Shown here: positions 18,354 to 29,544 of the stretch, piece after piece
Layout: each line of letters starts with the position of its first letter
How positions within the stretch are numbered: the first letter of the stretch is position 1
Origin: an uncultured Gemmatimonadales bacterium
Lineage (GTDB): Bacteria > Gemmatimonadota > Gemmatimonadetes > JACCXV01 > JAHWKZ01
Length of the DNA stretch: 64,000 bases
Direction of reading: 5' to 3'
Assembly: GCA_947259315.1 (NCBI GenBank)
Contig: CAMYLR010000008.1
Coordinates: forward strand, 31,013-95,012
Made by a program: the position numbers and the translations under genes
The notes under the pieces: model-generated
Seen by the model: only the letters and a program-made list of their open reading frames with translations
Database searches by the model: none
What the model was told of the DNA's origin: nothing

Positions 18354-20699
18354 TCAGCGCTGCAGCATGCCAAACCGGAAATGCAACTCCCACCCCGGAT
18401 CCGGGTTACCCAAGACGTCCCGCCGATCAAACCCATACCCATAGTCGAGCCCCAACGGTCCAACCCCGGGTAGCTCGACGGACACCCCAATACCCGCGCC
18501 ACGCTTCAGGTCGGCAAACGTCATGTCACGAAACTCCCGGAACACGTCTCCAGCATCGTAGAAAACAGAGGCATATATCGTATCCGAGATCTTGAAGAAG
18601 TGCTCAGCCGTCAGGAGCAGGAAGGCGTTTCCACGATCACTGCCGCAGGAATCACCCTCCGGCGAGCCTGAATTCAATAACCCAACGCAGTTATCCTGAT
18701 AGCCACGAAGCCCTTCGGCGGGGAACTGCACCCCTCCCAAGACAAACTGCTCGGTGATCGGGACGAAGCCGGTGGCATTGATCCCCCCGGTCTTGAACTT
18801 CAGGTTTATCGTCGTCCGATCGTTGAACGTGGACGCAAACCAGGAGCTCTCGAACTCATACTTCTGGAACCCGACGTTCCCGCCCAGTGGTCCACCTGCC
18901 AAGTCGACATTTAGCGCGTGCCGGGCACCTTGAATAGGGTGGCGGCGAGGGAGCCGGGTGTCTCGAACCAACCCGAGCGTGAGGCTCGACTCGGTACGTG
19001 GGTACTCTTCTTCGAACGACTCGTTGGTGCCGGTTGTGTCTTCCAGGTCAACCCGCTGCCACTTGTAGCCGTAGAATACTCGTGACGCGTTGTCAAACGG
19101 CAGTGGCGTACCAAACCGGACGCTCGCACCAAGCGCGTCTTGACGAAAGGTCTGGTTTGTAAACCGGCGGTCGAAACTAAAGAACGAGGTCGAAAGAGAG
19201 GTTCGGGTACCCAGGAACACCGGTTCGGTGTACCCCAACTCGATATTCTGGTTACGGCTGCCGAACTCCCACCGGATGCGACCCACTTTTGCCTGCCCGA
19301 ACAGGTTTGGCTGCTCGTAGCCGATAAACCCGGACAAACCAGTCCCCCCTCCCACGGCAGCGCCCAACGAGAGCGATCCCGTGCGGCGCTCTGTCAGCTC
19401 AAAGGACAGGTCGATGTCGCCCGTCTCTTGATCTACGACGCGTGTGGTCGGAATGATCCCGGGCTCGAAGAACCCAAGCCCTTCTAACGCGAGCAGGCTA
19501 TTGCGAACGTCGGTCCGGCGAAAACGTCCTCCCGGCTGGACGAAGAGTTGCCTTCGAATGACTGATTCGTGGGTTACGGTGTTGCCCTTGATCGACACGC
19601 GTTGCACGTGGGCCGGCGTGCCCTCGCGGATCTGCCAAGTGAGATCGACCACGGCGGTATCGGGGCGCACCCTGCGAATCGGTTGCACCTGAGCGTAGAT
19701 GAACCCGTCGTCGGCGTACAGGTTCAACAGGTCGGCCTGGGTCTGCTGAACCGCCTCGGTATCAAACACGCGACCTGACTCGACCTTGACAAACCCCCGG
19801 AGGTCGGCTCGAGAGAAACGGGTGTTACCCTCGATCTCGATGTTGCCGGTTCGGTAGCGGGTACCTTCCTCGACGGTCGCAAAGAGTCGCATCTTGCCTT
19901 CGGTTTCGTCGACTTGCAGCGAGTCCGAGACTACCCGCATGTCCAGATACCCATGTCGCCCGTAGAATGATGGAAGCACTTGGCTCAGATCGGCCCGCCA
20001 TTTGGCCTCATCGAACTCGCCGTCCTTCCAAAACCAGAAGCCCTCTGGCTCTGTCTCGAGCTCTTTCCGCAGTTTCTTGTCGGAGAACGCTTCGTTTCCG
20101 TCAAACTCGATCGTCTTGATCGCTACTTTCCGGCCTTCGTTGACGGTGACGGAGACCGCCGTCGAATCCGCGGCTGGCGCTTTAGCTTCTATTCTCACGT
20201 CGGCGAGATAGAAACCTCTGACCTGATACAACTCCCTTACGTCTAACTCTGCCTGGTGAACGCGACTGTCAACCAAGCGATCACCGGGTCGCAGTTTGAG
20301 CGCCTCCTCGACATCACGCTCACTCACTTCGTCCACGCCATCGAACGCCAGGGCGGTGACAACGGGCGCCTCTTCCACCCTCAGCACGAGAGTGACGCCT
20401 CCATCGGCCGGGCGCGTATCGATCTGGATGTCGTTGAAGAGATACGTCTTCCAAAGGGTACGGATCGCTTGCTGCATCACGCGCGGCGTGAGCAGCGCGT
20501 CACGTCGCAGTCCGGAAAGAGCGCCGACCCGCTGGGGATCGATCGTCTGTGTTCCCTCGACGACGATTTCCGATATCCGCACGCCAACAGCTTGGGGATA
20601 CGACGGCTGTGCGGCGAGCAGTATTGCGGCAACTACCAGGCTGAGGGGCAGCGCGAAGCGCGCTAGCGCGCGGGCGGGGGCAGCCCGCGACGCCGTCAA
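18354..20699 (-). CDS. bamA: Outer membrane protein assembly factor BamA
   Basis: 781 aa. Signal peptide, POTRA repeats, and a C-terminal Omp85 barrel ending in an F-containing C-terminus. Confidence 0.9.
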   Translation of the reverse strand: MTASRAAPARALARFALPLSLVVAAILLAAQPSYPQAVGVRISEIVVEGTQTIDPQRVGALSGLRRDALLTPRVMQQAIRTLWKTYLFNDIQIDTRPADGGVTLVLRVEEAPVVTALAFDGVDEVSERDVEEALKLRPGDRLVDSRVHQAELDVRELYQVRGFYLADVRIEAKAPAADSTAVSVTVNEGRKVAIKTIEFDGNEAFSDKKLRKELETEPEGFWFWKDGEFDEAKWRADLSQVLPSFYGRHGYLDMRVVSDSLQVDETEGKMRLFATVEEGTRYRTGNIEIEGNTRFSRADLRGFVKVESGRVFDTEAVQQTQADLLNLYADDGFIYAQVQPIRRVRPDTAVVDLTWQIREGTPAHVQRVSIKGNTVTHESVIRRQLFVQPGGRFRRTDVRNSLLALEGLGFFEPGIIPTTRVVDQETGDIDLSFELTERRTGSLSLGAAVGGGTGLSGFIGYEQPNLFGQAKVGRIRWEFGSRNQNIELGYTEPVFLGTRTSLSTSFFSFDRRFTNQTFRQDALGASVRFGTPLPFDNASRVFYGYKWQRVDLEDTTGTNESFEEEYPRTESSLTLGLVRDTRLPRRHPIQGARHALNVDLAGGPLGGNVGFQKYEFESSWFASTFNDRTTINLKFKTGGINATGFVPITEQFVLGGVQFPAEGLRGYQDNCVGLLNSGSPEGDSCGSDRGNAFLLLTAEHFFKISDTIYASVFYDAGDVFREFRDMTFADLKRGAGIGVSVELPGVGPLGLDYGYGFDRRDVLGNPDPGWELHFRFGMLQR

Positions 20700-23188
20700 C
20701 CGACCTCTTCCTGGATCGACCCGGCTCCCTCCGGCTTGCGGGGACTGTCGACAACGAAGACCAGCTTGTCGTTCTCGTCGTCCACGTTGACGACCACCTC
20801 ATCACCGGCAGCGAAGGTGCCCTGGAGCAACTCCTCCGAAAATGGATCTTCCAAGTAACGCTGCATCGCTCGTTTCAGGGGACGGGCTCCAAACTTCTCA
20901 TCGAACCCCTTCTCGGCGAGGAAATGCTTCGCTTCGTCGGACAGTACGAGAGTGAGCTCTCTCTCACCCAACCGCTCCAGGACGTCACGGAACAGGATAT
21001 CAACGATCTCCACGATGTGTTGCTCGGAGAGCGGATGGAAGACGATGATCTCATCCAGCCGGTTCAAGAACTCCGGATTGAAGGTGTTGTCGATCTCATC
21101 TTTGACCGCTTCCTCGATCTGCATTGCGCGCGACGACTCGGTTGGCTTGTGAAAACCAAGTGCCTTGCCACCCGTGATCCGTCGTGCACCGATGTTCGAG
21201 GTCATGATCACGACCGTGTTCTTGAAGTCGATCTTCCGTCCGTAGTTATCCGTGATGTGTCCCTCGTCCAAGATCTGAAGCAGGATGTTGAAGACATCCG
21301 GATGGGCCTTCTCGATCTCGTCCAACAGAACCACCGAGTACGGTTTCCGGCGGACTTCCTTGGTCAGATAGCCAGAGTCCTCGTAGCCGACATAACCCGG
21401 CGGCGCGCCGAGAAGACGGCTGACCGTGAACTTCTCCATGTACTCCGACATATCGATCCGAATGAGCGAGTTCGGGTCCGCGAACAGGAACCGGGCCAGC
21501 GCTCGAGCTAGCTCTGTCTTTCCAACACCCGTTGGACCGGAGAAAATGAACGATCCAATAGGTCGACGGGGGTCCTTGAGACCAGCCCGGGTTCTCCGAA
21601 TCGCCTTGGAGATCGCCTCGATGGCCGGGTTCTGACCGACGATGAACTTGTGCAGCTCATCCTCCATCTGCAGCAGGCGCTCCGTCTCCTCCTCCTTGAG
21701 ACGAACGACTGGGACTCCCGTCCAGCGACTCACGATGAACGCTACGTCCTCCGTGCTCAGGGCCGGGCGTTCAGCATTCGAACCGCGCTCCCACTCCAGC
21801 TTCTTGCGTTTGATCGTGGATTTCAGCTCACGCTCACTATCGCGGAGTTTGGCGGCGGTCTCGTAATCTTGAGCCTTGATCGCCTGATCCTTGCGGACGA
21901 CGATCTCCTGTACCTCTTCTTCCAGTGCCAATAGCTCTGGTGGTGGTACCTGAGTCGCCAGGTGCACACGCGCGCATGCTTCATCGATCACATCGATCGC
22001 CTTGTCTGGCAGGAAACGATCAGTGATGTAGCGCTCGGAGAGTCGAGCTGCCGTTTCGAGCGTGTCATCCGGGATATCGACGTTGTGGTGCTCTGAATAC
22101 CGCGGACGCAAGCCTTGGAGGATCTCGACCGTTTCATCGATCGTCGGCGGATCTACGACTACCGGCTGAAAACGGCGCTCCAGCGCTCCGTCCTTTTCGA
22201 TGTACTTGCGATACTCGTTCAACGTGGATGCGCCGACACACTGAAGTTCGCCACGGGCCAAAGCGGGCTTCAACATGTTGGATGCGTCGATCGCACCTTC
22301 CGCTGCCCCGGCCCCGACCAGTGTGTGCAGCTCATCGATAAACAGGATCACGTTCTGTGACTGCTTGATTTCGTTGATGACCGCTTTGAGTCGCTCTTCG
22401 AACTGACCGCGATACTTCGTGCCGGCAATCACGGCCGCCATATCGAGAGAAAGGACCCGATGATCCCGGAGGCTATGGACGATCTCGCCGTTCGTTATGC
22501 GCTGCGCGAGGCCCTCCACGATGGCGGTCTTGCCCACACCCGGTTCACCGATCAGTACGGGGTTGTTCTTCTTCCGGCGTGAGAGGACCTCGATAACACG
22601 CTCGATCTCCTTGTGCCGGCCGATCGTCGGATCGAGTTCTCCGTCGCGCGCCAGATCCGTCAGATCCCGACAGAAGTGGTCTAGCGCCGGTGTCTTGGAC
22701 TTTTTGTCGCTCGTCTTGGACGTCTGGCCTCCGCTCTCCATAGAGCTCAGCTCCCCTCCGAGCAGGCGAATCGTCTCGTTACGGGCTACGTCGATCGTGA
22801 CTCCAACATCATCCAAAACTTGGGCTGCCACGCCCTTTTCCTCTCGCAACAGGCCGAGCAAGAGATGCTCGGTGCCCACGTATGAGTGCTTGAGACTCCG
22901 TGCTTCCGCAACCGAAAACTCGAGCACCTTCTTGGCCCGGGTCGTGTACGGAACCTCGTCTGCCGTCATGTCACTCTTTCCGAGCTCGACCCGCTCCTCG
23001 ATCCGCTCTCGCAACTCATCGAGGTCAGCGTTCAGGTTCGTCAGGATCGCCGCCGCGACGCCCTCGCCTTCTCGGATGAGTCCCAGCAGAATATGCTCGG
23101 TGCCCACGTAGTCGTGATGCAGGCGGGTCGCCTCTTCGCGTGCCATCGAAAGGACTTTGCGCACTCGATCGGTGAAATTGCTATTCAT
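20696..23188 (-). CDS. clpC: ATP-dependent Clp protease ATP-binding subunit ClpC
   Basis: Two Clp_N repeats, two AAA+ modules ([18 protein letters not shown]) and a UVR motif. The N-terminus [20 protein letters not shown] is typical. The track ORF extends 54 nt further upstream. Confidence 0.9.
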   Translation of the reverse strand: MNSNFTDRVRKVLSMAREEATRLHHDYVGTEHILLGLIREGEGVAAAILTNLNADLDELRERIEERVELGKSDMTADEVPYTTRAKKVLEFSVAEARSLKHSYVGTEHLLLGLLREEKGVAAQVLDDVGVTIDVARNETIRLLGGELSSMESGGQTSKTSDKKSKTPALDHFCRDLTDLARDGELDPTIGRHKEIERVIEVLSRRKKNNPVLIGEPGVGKTAIVEGLAQRITNGEIVHSLRDHRVLSLDMAAVIAGTKYRGQFEERLKAVINEIKQSQNVILFIDELHTLVGAGAAEGAIDASNMLKPALARGELQCVGASTLNEYRKYIEKDGALERRFQPVVVDPPTIDETVEILQGLRPRYSEHHNVDIPDDTLETAARLSERYITDRFLPDKAIDVIDEACARVHLATQVPPPELLALEEEVQEIVVRKDQAIKAQDYETAAKLRDSERELKSTIKRKKLEWERGSNAERPALSTEDVAFIVSRWTGVPVVRLKEEETERLLQMEDELHKFIVGQNPAIEAISKAIRRTRAGLKDPRRPIGSFIFSGPTGVGKTELARALARFLFADPNSLIRIDMSEYMEKFTVSRLLGAPPGYVGYEDSGYLTKEVRRKPYSVVLLDEIEKAHPDVFNILLQILDEGHITDNYGRKIDFKNTVVIMTSNIGARRITGGKALGFHKPTESSRAMQIEEAVKDEIDNTFNPEFLNRLDEIIVFHPLSEQHIVEIVDILFRDVLERLGERELTLVLSDEAKHFLAEKGFDEKFGARPLKRAMQRYLEDPFSEELLQGTFAAGDEVVVNVDDENDKLVFVVDSPRKPEGAGSIQEEVG

Positions 23189-24263
23189 CGGTATCCTGTC
23201 CTTCCTCCGCCAGCATTTCTCGCACCAAGGAAGCCCGCTCAATCTCGCGCTCCCGCTTGTCGAGCTTGCGACCAGCGCGCTTCTCCAGATGGGCTATCTG
23301 GGTCCACAATAATAGTTGATTGAGCGTGGATACCCCGATCCGAGGCAGCAGTTTCATGCTCACGCCTAGACGTACGGCGGACAGCAGATTCATCATCTCG
23401 TCGAACGAAAGCGAGCGGGCGCAAGTCATCAGACCGTACGCTCGCCACACCTTGTCCTCGATTTCGTCCAGTGCGTCCCGAACAAGAACCTGGCGCGCGT
23501 TCTCCTCGTACTCGATCACCTGACGGGTGATCTGACCCAGGTGATCAACCAACTCATCCTCACTCTTGCCAAGCGTGGTTTGGTTAGAGATCTGAAAGTA
23601 GTTCCCGATAACGTCAGACCCTTCGCCATAAAGTCCACGGAACGTTAGACCGATTTGAGCCAAACCCTGAAGCACCTTGGCGATCTCGCGTGTCAGAACG
23701 AGTGCCGGCAAATGAGCCAACACGGAGGCCCGCAGACCGGTGCCAGTGTTTGTCGGGCAGCTAGTCAGAAAGCCGAATCGATGATGATAGGCGAAGCGCA
23801 ACTGGCTGCGCAGCGTTTCATCAGTTCGGCTGGCGATTTGCCACGAGGTTTCGATCTGCAGACCTGGCGTCAGCGCCTGTATGCGCACATGGTCCTCTTC
23901 GTTGATCAAAAGGGCCAAACGGCCCCCGTCCCCCACCAAAAGACCGCTCGCCTCACGGAACTTCACCATCTCACGGCTGACCAGGTGTCGTTCGAGAAGC
24001 ACTGTCAGATCGGTCTCGGGCAAATCCGCCAACCGTACGAACTGGCGCATATCGTTACTCGTCGACTCGAAGGCCTCGACGATCTCCTCCATGACCAGCT
24101 CCTGCTGGCTCCCGCTTATCGTCTCCCGGAACGGATATCGCTCCAGGTTGCGCGCCAATCGGATGCGCGTCGACAGAATCACACCCGCATGCGGGCCGTC
24201 TCCAGTGATCCAAGCCAACCCACCTTCAACAGGTTGCAGGAGATCGTCACTGGGCAGGTTCAC
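23181..24263 (-). CDS. mcsB: Protein arginine kinase McsB (ATP:guanido phosphotransferase)
   Basis: [12 protein letters not shown] phosphagen-kinase motif; N-terminus [18 protein letters not shown]. Confidence 0.85.
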   Translation of the reverse strand: MNLPSDDLLQPVEGGLAWITGDGPHAGVILSTRIRLARNLERYPFRETISGSQQELVMEEIVEAFESTSNDMRQFVRLADLPETDLTVLLERHLVSREMVKFREASGLLVGDGGRLALLINEEDHVRIQALTPGLQIETSWQIASRTDETLRSQLRFAYHHRFGFLTSCPTNTGTGLRASVLAHLPALVLTREIAKVLQGLAQIGLTFRGLYGEGSDVIGNYFQISNQTTLGKSEDELVDHLGQITRQVIEYEENARQVLVRDALDEIEDKVWRAYGLMTCARSLSFDEMMNLLSAVRLGVSMKLLPRIGVSTLNQLLLWTQIAHLEKRAGRKLDKREREIERASLVREMLAEEGQDTDE

Positions 24264-24817
24264 TCCTGTACCCCTCCTACGTCTTCCACTCCTGATTGTG
24301 CATCCGCTGAAACTGTGATCGCCTGGTCTGATTCCAACTCCACGATCGCGTCGCGCAACTCGGCGGCCCGCTCGTACTCCTCGTTATCGACCGCCTGTCG
24401 GAGCTCGCGGCGCAGGGATGCCAGTTTGGCTTCTGGGCCAGACGGTAGTTGTACGCCTTCATCCTCACAGATGCCAACATGCTCGTTGGAGCCATGGATT
24501 CTCCTCAGCAGCGCGCTCATTTCTTGCTCAAAGGTAGAGTAGCATCGAGAGCACCCGAGCCTGCCGGTCTTTCGGAATTGCCGAAAAGTACACCCGCACC
24601 GGGGGCAAGCCGCGTTCGTATTTGTCGCACTGGTGAAGATCGGCGCGCCCATCTCGGACAGGAAATCCGACAACGGCGCTTGGGATCCCGGCAGCGGAGT
24701 CTTGAGTCCGCGCTCCTCTGCGCACGACTGGCACAGATGCAGGGTCTCGGTCTCGTCGTTCACTATCTGGGTGAAGTGAACGCTGGCCGGGTTTTCGTGG
24801 CAATCTTCACACAGCAT
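24260..24817 (-). CDS. mcsA: McsA, activator of McsB (zinc-finger / UVR protein)
   Basis: MLCEDCHENPASVHFTQIVNDETETLHLCQSCAEE and CPRCGCTFRQFRKTGRLGCSRCYSTFEQ align with B. subtilis McsA (MICQECHERPATFHFTKVVNG...). UVR-like C-terminus EEYERAAELRDAIVELE. The track ORF starts at TTG 24835. Confidence 0.8.
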   Translation of the reverse strand: MLCEDCHENPASVHFTQIVNDETETLHLCQSCAEERGLKTPLPGSQAPLSDFLSEMGAPIFTSATNTNAACPRCGCTFRQFRKTGRLGCSRCYSTFEQEMSALLRRIHGSNEHVGICEDEGVQLPSGPEAKLASLRRELRQAVDNEEYERAAELRDAIVELESDQAITVSADAQSGVEDVGGVQE

Positions 24818-24909
24818 AACTGCAATCCTGGTCAAAGAGATTCACTACCAGCACCTAGAAGGTAATTGCACCGCCACATCGAGTAAAACGCGCCTCTGTG
24901 TGGCGATGT

Positions 24910-25659
24910 TCAAACCCCCGTTGGGTCCGACCACCCCTCGGGAGCCACACCAGCGGTGACCGGCGCCACGACTCCGTCGTCCAAACGCAAGAGACGGTCC
25001 GTCCTACCGGCGAGGCGCTCGTCATGGGTCGCTACCACAAACGCCACCCGCTTCTCTCGCGCCAAGCTGAACATCAGGTCGTGCAGGTGCTCGCTGTTGG
25101 CGCGATCCAGATTGCCTGATGGCTCATCAGCCAGGATCACCATTGGCTCGTGAACCAGTGCCCGCGCAAACGCGACTCGCTGCTGCTCGCCGCCGGACAG
25201 CGCGCTTGGCCGATGGGTCAAGCGTTCGCCCAAACCAACTTCTTCCAACACCGCACGAGCCTTACTCCGTGCGGTGTCGTCGTCGACCCCTTGGATACGA
25301 AGCGGCAGGGTTACGTTCTCCAGCGCCGAGAACTCCATCAGTAGATGATGAAACTGGAAGACAAACCCCAACAGCTTACTGCGGACTCTGGACAACTCGC
25401 TGTCAGACAACTGGCTGAGGTGCTGACCAGCCAGCACAACCCGCCCTCGAGTCGGTCGATCGAGGCCCCCCAAGAGGTGCAGGAGGGTGCTCTTGCCGGC
25501 TCCCGAAGCGCCAACAACGCCCACCGTCTCGCCGGGTTGCACCTCCAAATCTACACCCCGCAACACCACCAATGGGCCCCCACCGCTTGGGTACTCCTTG
25601 TGCAGACGGTGCCCTACCAGCACTGGACCGTCGGCTTCGTAGTCCCGTCGATCACTCAT
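24910..25659 (-). CDS. lolD: Lipoprotein-releasing system ATP-binding protein (LolD-type ABC ATPase)
   Basis: GASGAGKST, LSGGEQQRVAFARAL and ILADEPSGNLD; MacB/LolD family. Confidence 0.8.
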   Translation of the reverse strand: MSDRRDYEADGPVLVGHRLHKEYPSGGGPLVVLRGVDLEVQPGETVGVVGASGAGKSTLLHLLGGLDRPTRGRVVLAGQHLSQLSDSELSRVRSKLLGFVFQFHHLLMEFSALENVTLPLRIQGVDDDTARSKARAVLEEVGLGERLTHRPSALSGGEQQRVAFARALVHEPMVILADEPSGNLDRANSEHLHDLMFSLAREKRVAFVVATHDERLAGRTDRLLRLDDGVVAPVTAGVAPEGWSDPTGV

Positions 25660-26890
25660 ACCGAATGGCGTCGACCGGTGCCATGCGCGCAGCCTGCGAA
25701 GCCGGATACCACGTGGCCACGAGGCTGATTAACAAGCTGGCACCCACGATCAGCGCTACCCCAAGTGGTTCCACTTCCACCGGCAAGGTGTCGATGAAGT
25801 AAACGTCGCCGGGCAGTGAGATGAATCGATAGCGGGCCAGCAGGAAAGCGGCAACGAGTCCGACCACAGTGCCAAGACCCGTACCGACGACGCCGATCAG
25901 GGCACCTTGGTAGACGAAAACTCTTCGAACCGATCGGCCCTCTAGCCCCATCGAGCGCAAGATCCCGATCTCTTTCGTCTTGTCCATCACGATCATCGTC
26001 AGCGTGCTGATGATGTTGAACGCGGCCACCAGCACGATGAGAACCAGTATAATGAACATGGCTCTCTTCTCTAGTTTCAGCGCCGCGAACAAGGGCTGAT
26101 TTAGCTCGATCCAGGTTGTCACGTAAAACGGGCCCTCGAGCTGATCGACGACCCGCTCGCCGACGTCACTCGCCTGCCAAATATCAGCCACCCTGGCGGC
26201 CACGCCGTAAGCGATATCCCCCGATTGCAGATACTGTTGCATCGACTCGAGAGACGCATAAACGAACTTCGAATCGTACTCGAAGAGGCCGCTCTTGAAC
26301 GTCCCTGCGAGGATGAACTTCTGGAGCTTGGGTACCGTGCCGTAGAGGGGAGAGACGGCGGCCACTTCAGGTGTAGTCAGGGTCAACGTATCGCCAGGGA
26401 ATGCTCCCAACCGATCGGCCAACAGATAGCCGACAACGACCTTTGGGTAGGGCTCGTCCGGAGCCTGCCGCAGCTCATAGCGGCCCGACAAGATCTGGTT
26501 CTTGGTGTCGGCGACTTGAGACTCGAGATCCGGATCTACGCCCCGGATCACCGCTCCCTCGTTGCGGCCCCGACCGTGACCGATGATCCCTTCGGTGTAG
26601 ATGAATGGAGCCGCGCCCTCTACACCGGGTGTAGCGGCGATTTCCTCCAGCACATCCCGGTACTCTGTGAGCGGCTCGGAGTTGTACTTCTGCACGATGA
26701 GGTGTGGCGTGTTGGTGAGGATCTTGTCTCTCAGATCGCGCTGCAAACCACTCATAACGCTCATCACTATGACCAACGCCGCGACCCCGACGAACACGCC
26801 TCCGATCGCAATCAGACCGATCACCGAGATCACCCCCGATCGGCGCTTGGACGTCAAGTAACGCAGCGCGATTTGCCACTCCAGACTCAC
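25652..26890 (-). CDS. Lipoprotein-releasing system permease (LolC/LolE, FtsX-like with a MacB periplasmic domain)
   Basis: 412 aa. N-terminal TM, a large periplasmic domain, a C-terminal FtsX 3-TM bundle, and [10 protein letters not shown]. Confidence 0.8.
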   Translation of the reverse strand: MSLEWQIALRYLTSKRRSGVISVIGLIAIGGVFVGVAALVIVMSVMSGLQRDLRDKILTNTPHLIVQKYNSEPLTEYRDVLEEIAATPGVEGAAPFIYTEGIIGHGRGRNEGAVIRGVDPDLESQVADTKNQILSGRYELRQAPDEPYPKVVVGYLLADRLGAFPGDTLTLTTPEVAAVSPLYGTVPKLQKFILAGTFKSGLFEYDSKFVYASLESMQQYLQSGDIAYGVAARVADIWQASDVGERVVDQLEGPFYVTTWIELNQPLFAALKLEKRAMFIILVLIVLVAAFNIISTLTMIVMDKTKEIGILRSMGLEGRSVRRVFVYQGALIGVVGTGLGTVVGLVAAFLLARYRFISLPGDVYFIDTLPVEVEPLGVALIVGASLLISLVATWYPASQAARMAPVDAIRYE

Positions 26891-28407
26891 GACTCACCCT
26901 CGTTTTCAACCCGACCCTCCTCGGGACGCAGTGCCGGGAATAGGATGACATCCCTGATGGCCGGTTGATCGGTCAAGAACATCACTAGGCGGTCAATGCC
27001 GATCCCCATACCGGCAGTTGGCGGCATGCCGTACTCAAGAGCTCTCAAGAAATCTTCGTCTACGACGTTCGGCGCCTCCAGGTCACCAGCCGCAGCGAGC
27101 TCGGCTTGATCCTCTAACCGGCGCCGCTGGTCGCGAGGATCATTAAGCTCACTAAAAGCGTTTGCCCATTCGCGCCCAAACAGGTAGGCCTCGAATCGTT
27201 CCACCAGCCGGGGATCGCGTGGGTGAGCCTTGGCCAAGGGCGACGTCAACCGCGGGTGATCAATCACGAACACCGGCCCTTCGAGAGTCGGCTCGACGAG
27301 ATGATCGAAGAGCGCCTCTAGGATCTTGCCCTCTCGCTCTTGTTCCGAGATCTCGATTTCGTGTTGCGCCGCCTCCGCGACCAGAGCTGTCCGTGACAGA
27401 TCGTCGACCGCTACACCGTGGTCGGCTAACGCATTCAAGAAACCGAGCCGTGGCCACGGTGGCGTGACGTCTACGCTCCGACCTTGGTACGTAATCTCGG
27501 CACCACCGGTCACTTCTCCTACCAGACCGACCAAAAGCTCTTCCGCCAGCACCATGAAATCCTCGTAATCGGCGTACGCCTGATAGAACTCGAGCATCGT
27601 GAACTCAGGACTGTGAAACCGATCAATGCCTTCATTGCGGAAGTCCTTGGCCACCTCGTAGACACGCTCGAGCCCCCCAACGATGCACCTTTTCAGATAC
27701 AACTCATCGGCGATACGCAAATACAACGGAACGCCCAGCGCTTGGTGATGGGTCACGAACGGGCGCGCGGTGGCGCCACCATACACCGGTTGCAGAACGG
27801 GCGTCTCGACCTCGAGAAAACCGCGGTTTTCGAGCTCGTCTCTCAGATATCGGATGATCTGTGACCGACGCTCAAAAACTCCCCTGGCCTCCGGCCGGAC
27901 GGCAAGGTCGGCGTAGCGCTGCCGATAACGAAATTCGCGATCGACCACGCGGTGGTACGCCCGATCTCCGTCCTCTGATTCCACGAGCTTCCCAAACGGC
28001 AGCGGCCGCAGAGCCTTCGCCAGCAGCACCGCCTCGCGTACCCGCACGGTGATCTCCCCCGTCCGCGTACGAAATAGATGGCCCGCAACTCCGACAAAGT
28101 CCCCTATATCCAGGTGATCAACCAGACGGTACGCGTCGCCAAGCTCGTCTTGCCGCAGATATGCCTGGACGCGACCTGACCGGTCAGCCACATGAAAGAA
28201 CGTCGTCTTCCCGTGCCGGCGAACGGTCACGACTCGACCCGCGATTCGGCATTCGATGTCCTCCCCTTCGTCCTCGAAGGCCTCGACCAGATCCGCAGCC
28301 GAATCGGTCACCTCCCAGGACGACGGATACGGATCGACACCGATTCGCTCGAGGTCGATCAGTTTCGACAGTCGAACCGATTGAGGATCAGTTTCTCGGT
28401 CAGGCAT
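26887..28407 (-). CDS. lysS: Lysine--tRNA ligase (class II)
   Basis: OB-fold N-domain and class II motifs (FRNEG, GIDRLVMF). Confidence 0.95.
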   Translation of the reverse strand: MPDRETDPQSVRLSKLIDLERIGVDPYPSSWEVTDSAADLVEAFEDEGEDIECRIAGRVVTVRRHGKTTFFHVADRSGRVQAYLRQDELGDAYRLVDHLDIGDFVGVAGHLFRTRTGEITVRVREAVLLAKALRPLPFGKLVESEDGDRAYHRVVDREFRYRQRYADLAVRPEARGVFERRSQIIRYLRDELENRGFLEVETPVLQPVYGGATARPFVTHHQALGVPLYLRIADELYLKRCIVGGLERVYEVAKDFRNEGIDRFHSPEFTMLEFYQAYADYEDFMVLAEELLVGLVGEVTGGAEITYQGRSVDVTPPWPRLGFLNALADHGVAVDDLSRTALVAEAAQHEIEISEQEREGKILEALFDHLVEPTLEGPVFVIDHPRLTSPLAKAHPRDPRLVERFEAYLFGREWANAFSELNDPRDQRRRLEDQAELAAAGDLEAPNVVDEDFLRALEYGMPPTAGMGIGIDRLVMFLTDQPAIRDVILFPALRPEEGRVENEGES

Positions 28408-29523
28408 CAGCTGCTGCTACCGGCTGTCTGCTTCAGATACGCCTCCATGAACTCGATCAGATGTTGCCCCTGGAGCACACCCTCGACATCCGACATCTCA
28501 TACCCCGTTCGGTGGTCCTTGACCATCGTGTATGGATGCAGCACGTACGACCTGATCTGGCTGCCGAACGCGATCTCCTTCTTCTCCGCCTCCAGCTCCT
28601 CGCGTGACTTCTCACGCTCGGCCTTGAGGTACTGGTGTAGCCTCGATCTCAACAGGCGCATGGCGGTCTCACGATTCCGATGTTGACTGCGCTCAGCTTG
28701 ACTCTGAACGACGATGCCTGTCGGGAGGTGAGTGATCCGCACCGCACTGTCCGTCTTGTTCACATGTTGTCCGCCTGCACCGCTGGCGCGATACGTGTCG
28801 ATCTTCAAGTCCTTGTCTACGACCTCTACGTTGATCTCGTCCGCCACATCCGGATAGACAAACACCGAGGCGAAGGAGGTGTGCCGCCGGGCGGCAGAAT
28901 CAAACGGGCTTATGCGCACTAGCCGATGCACGCCTTTCTCCGCTTTGAGGTAGCCGTAGGCGTGGTCACCCTTGACCTCGATCGTGACGCGGTCGATCCC
29001 CGCCTCTTCGCCTTCCTGAATATCGATGATCTGATAAGCGTAGCCGTTGCTCTCAAACCATCGCGTGTACATGCGCATGAGCATCGAGGCCCAATCCTGG
29101 CTCTCAGTGCCACCTGCACCAGGGTGAATGGTGAGGATTGCGTCGCGAGAATCGTCCGCATCGCTCAGCATGCCTCTCAGTTCGAGGCGAGCCAGCCGAT
29201 CGGCGATGCCTCCCTCGAGCGCACCAAACTCGTCCCAAAGAGCAGCCTCTTCCTCACCCTCGAGCAGAGACAGCATCTCACCGGCTTCGTCGACCTCGAC
29301 TCGGAGTGCATCGTACTCTCCGACCCACGACTGGTGTTGCTTGATCTCGGCTAGTATCGCCCGCGCGCGCTCATTATCAACCCAGAAATCCGGCGCCGCG
29401 GACTCCGTCTCGAGCGCGGCTATCCGCTCTCGCTTGGAAGGCAGGTCAAAGATAGCTCCCGAGGAGCTCGAGCCGCTCCTCTAGTTGCGACAATCGGCGG
29501 CGGTGGTCTCGTACGTCACTCAT
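28407..29523 (-). CDS. prfB: Peptide chain release factor 2, made from two frames by programmed +1 ribosomal frameshift (29523..29449 joined to 29447..28407)
   Basis: Frame 0 reads MSDVRDHRRRLSQLEERLELLGSYL then UGA. The sequence tat CTT TGA Cct is the canonical CUU UGA C shift site, with an SD-like GGGAG just upstream. The +1 frame continues DLPSKRERIAALETESAAPDFW... into the 289-aa ORF containing GGQ (SGAGGQHVN) and the SPF motif. Confidence 0.9.
29445..29451 (-). other. prfB programmed +1 frameshift heptamer CUUUGAC
   Basis: Read directly on the minus strand: ...ggg agc tat ctt tga cct gcc... The in-frame UGA sits at codon 26, as in E. coli prfB. Confidence 0.8.
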
Positions 29524-29544
29524 ACAATCTTGTAAGATAGCGTA

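Noticed and set aside
24818-24909. Possible CtsR operator upstream of mcsA
   Set aside because: Only a single GGTCAAA heptad (24830-24836) is present. The second heptad of the tandem CtsR box is degenerate (ATTCACT), and no ctsR gene is present. Kept as a weak note inside the mcsAB finding only.
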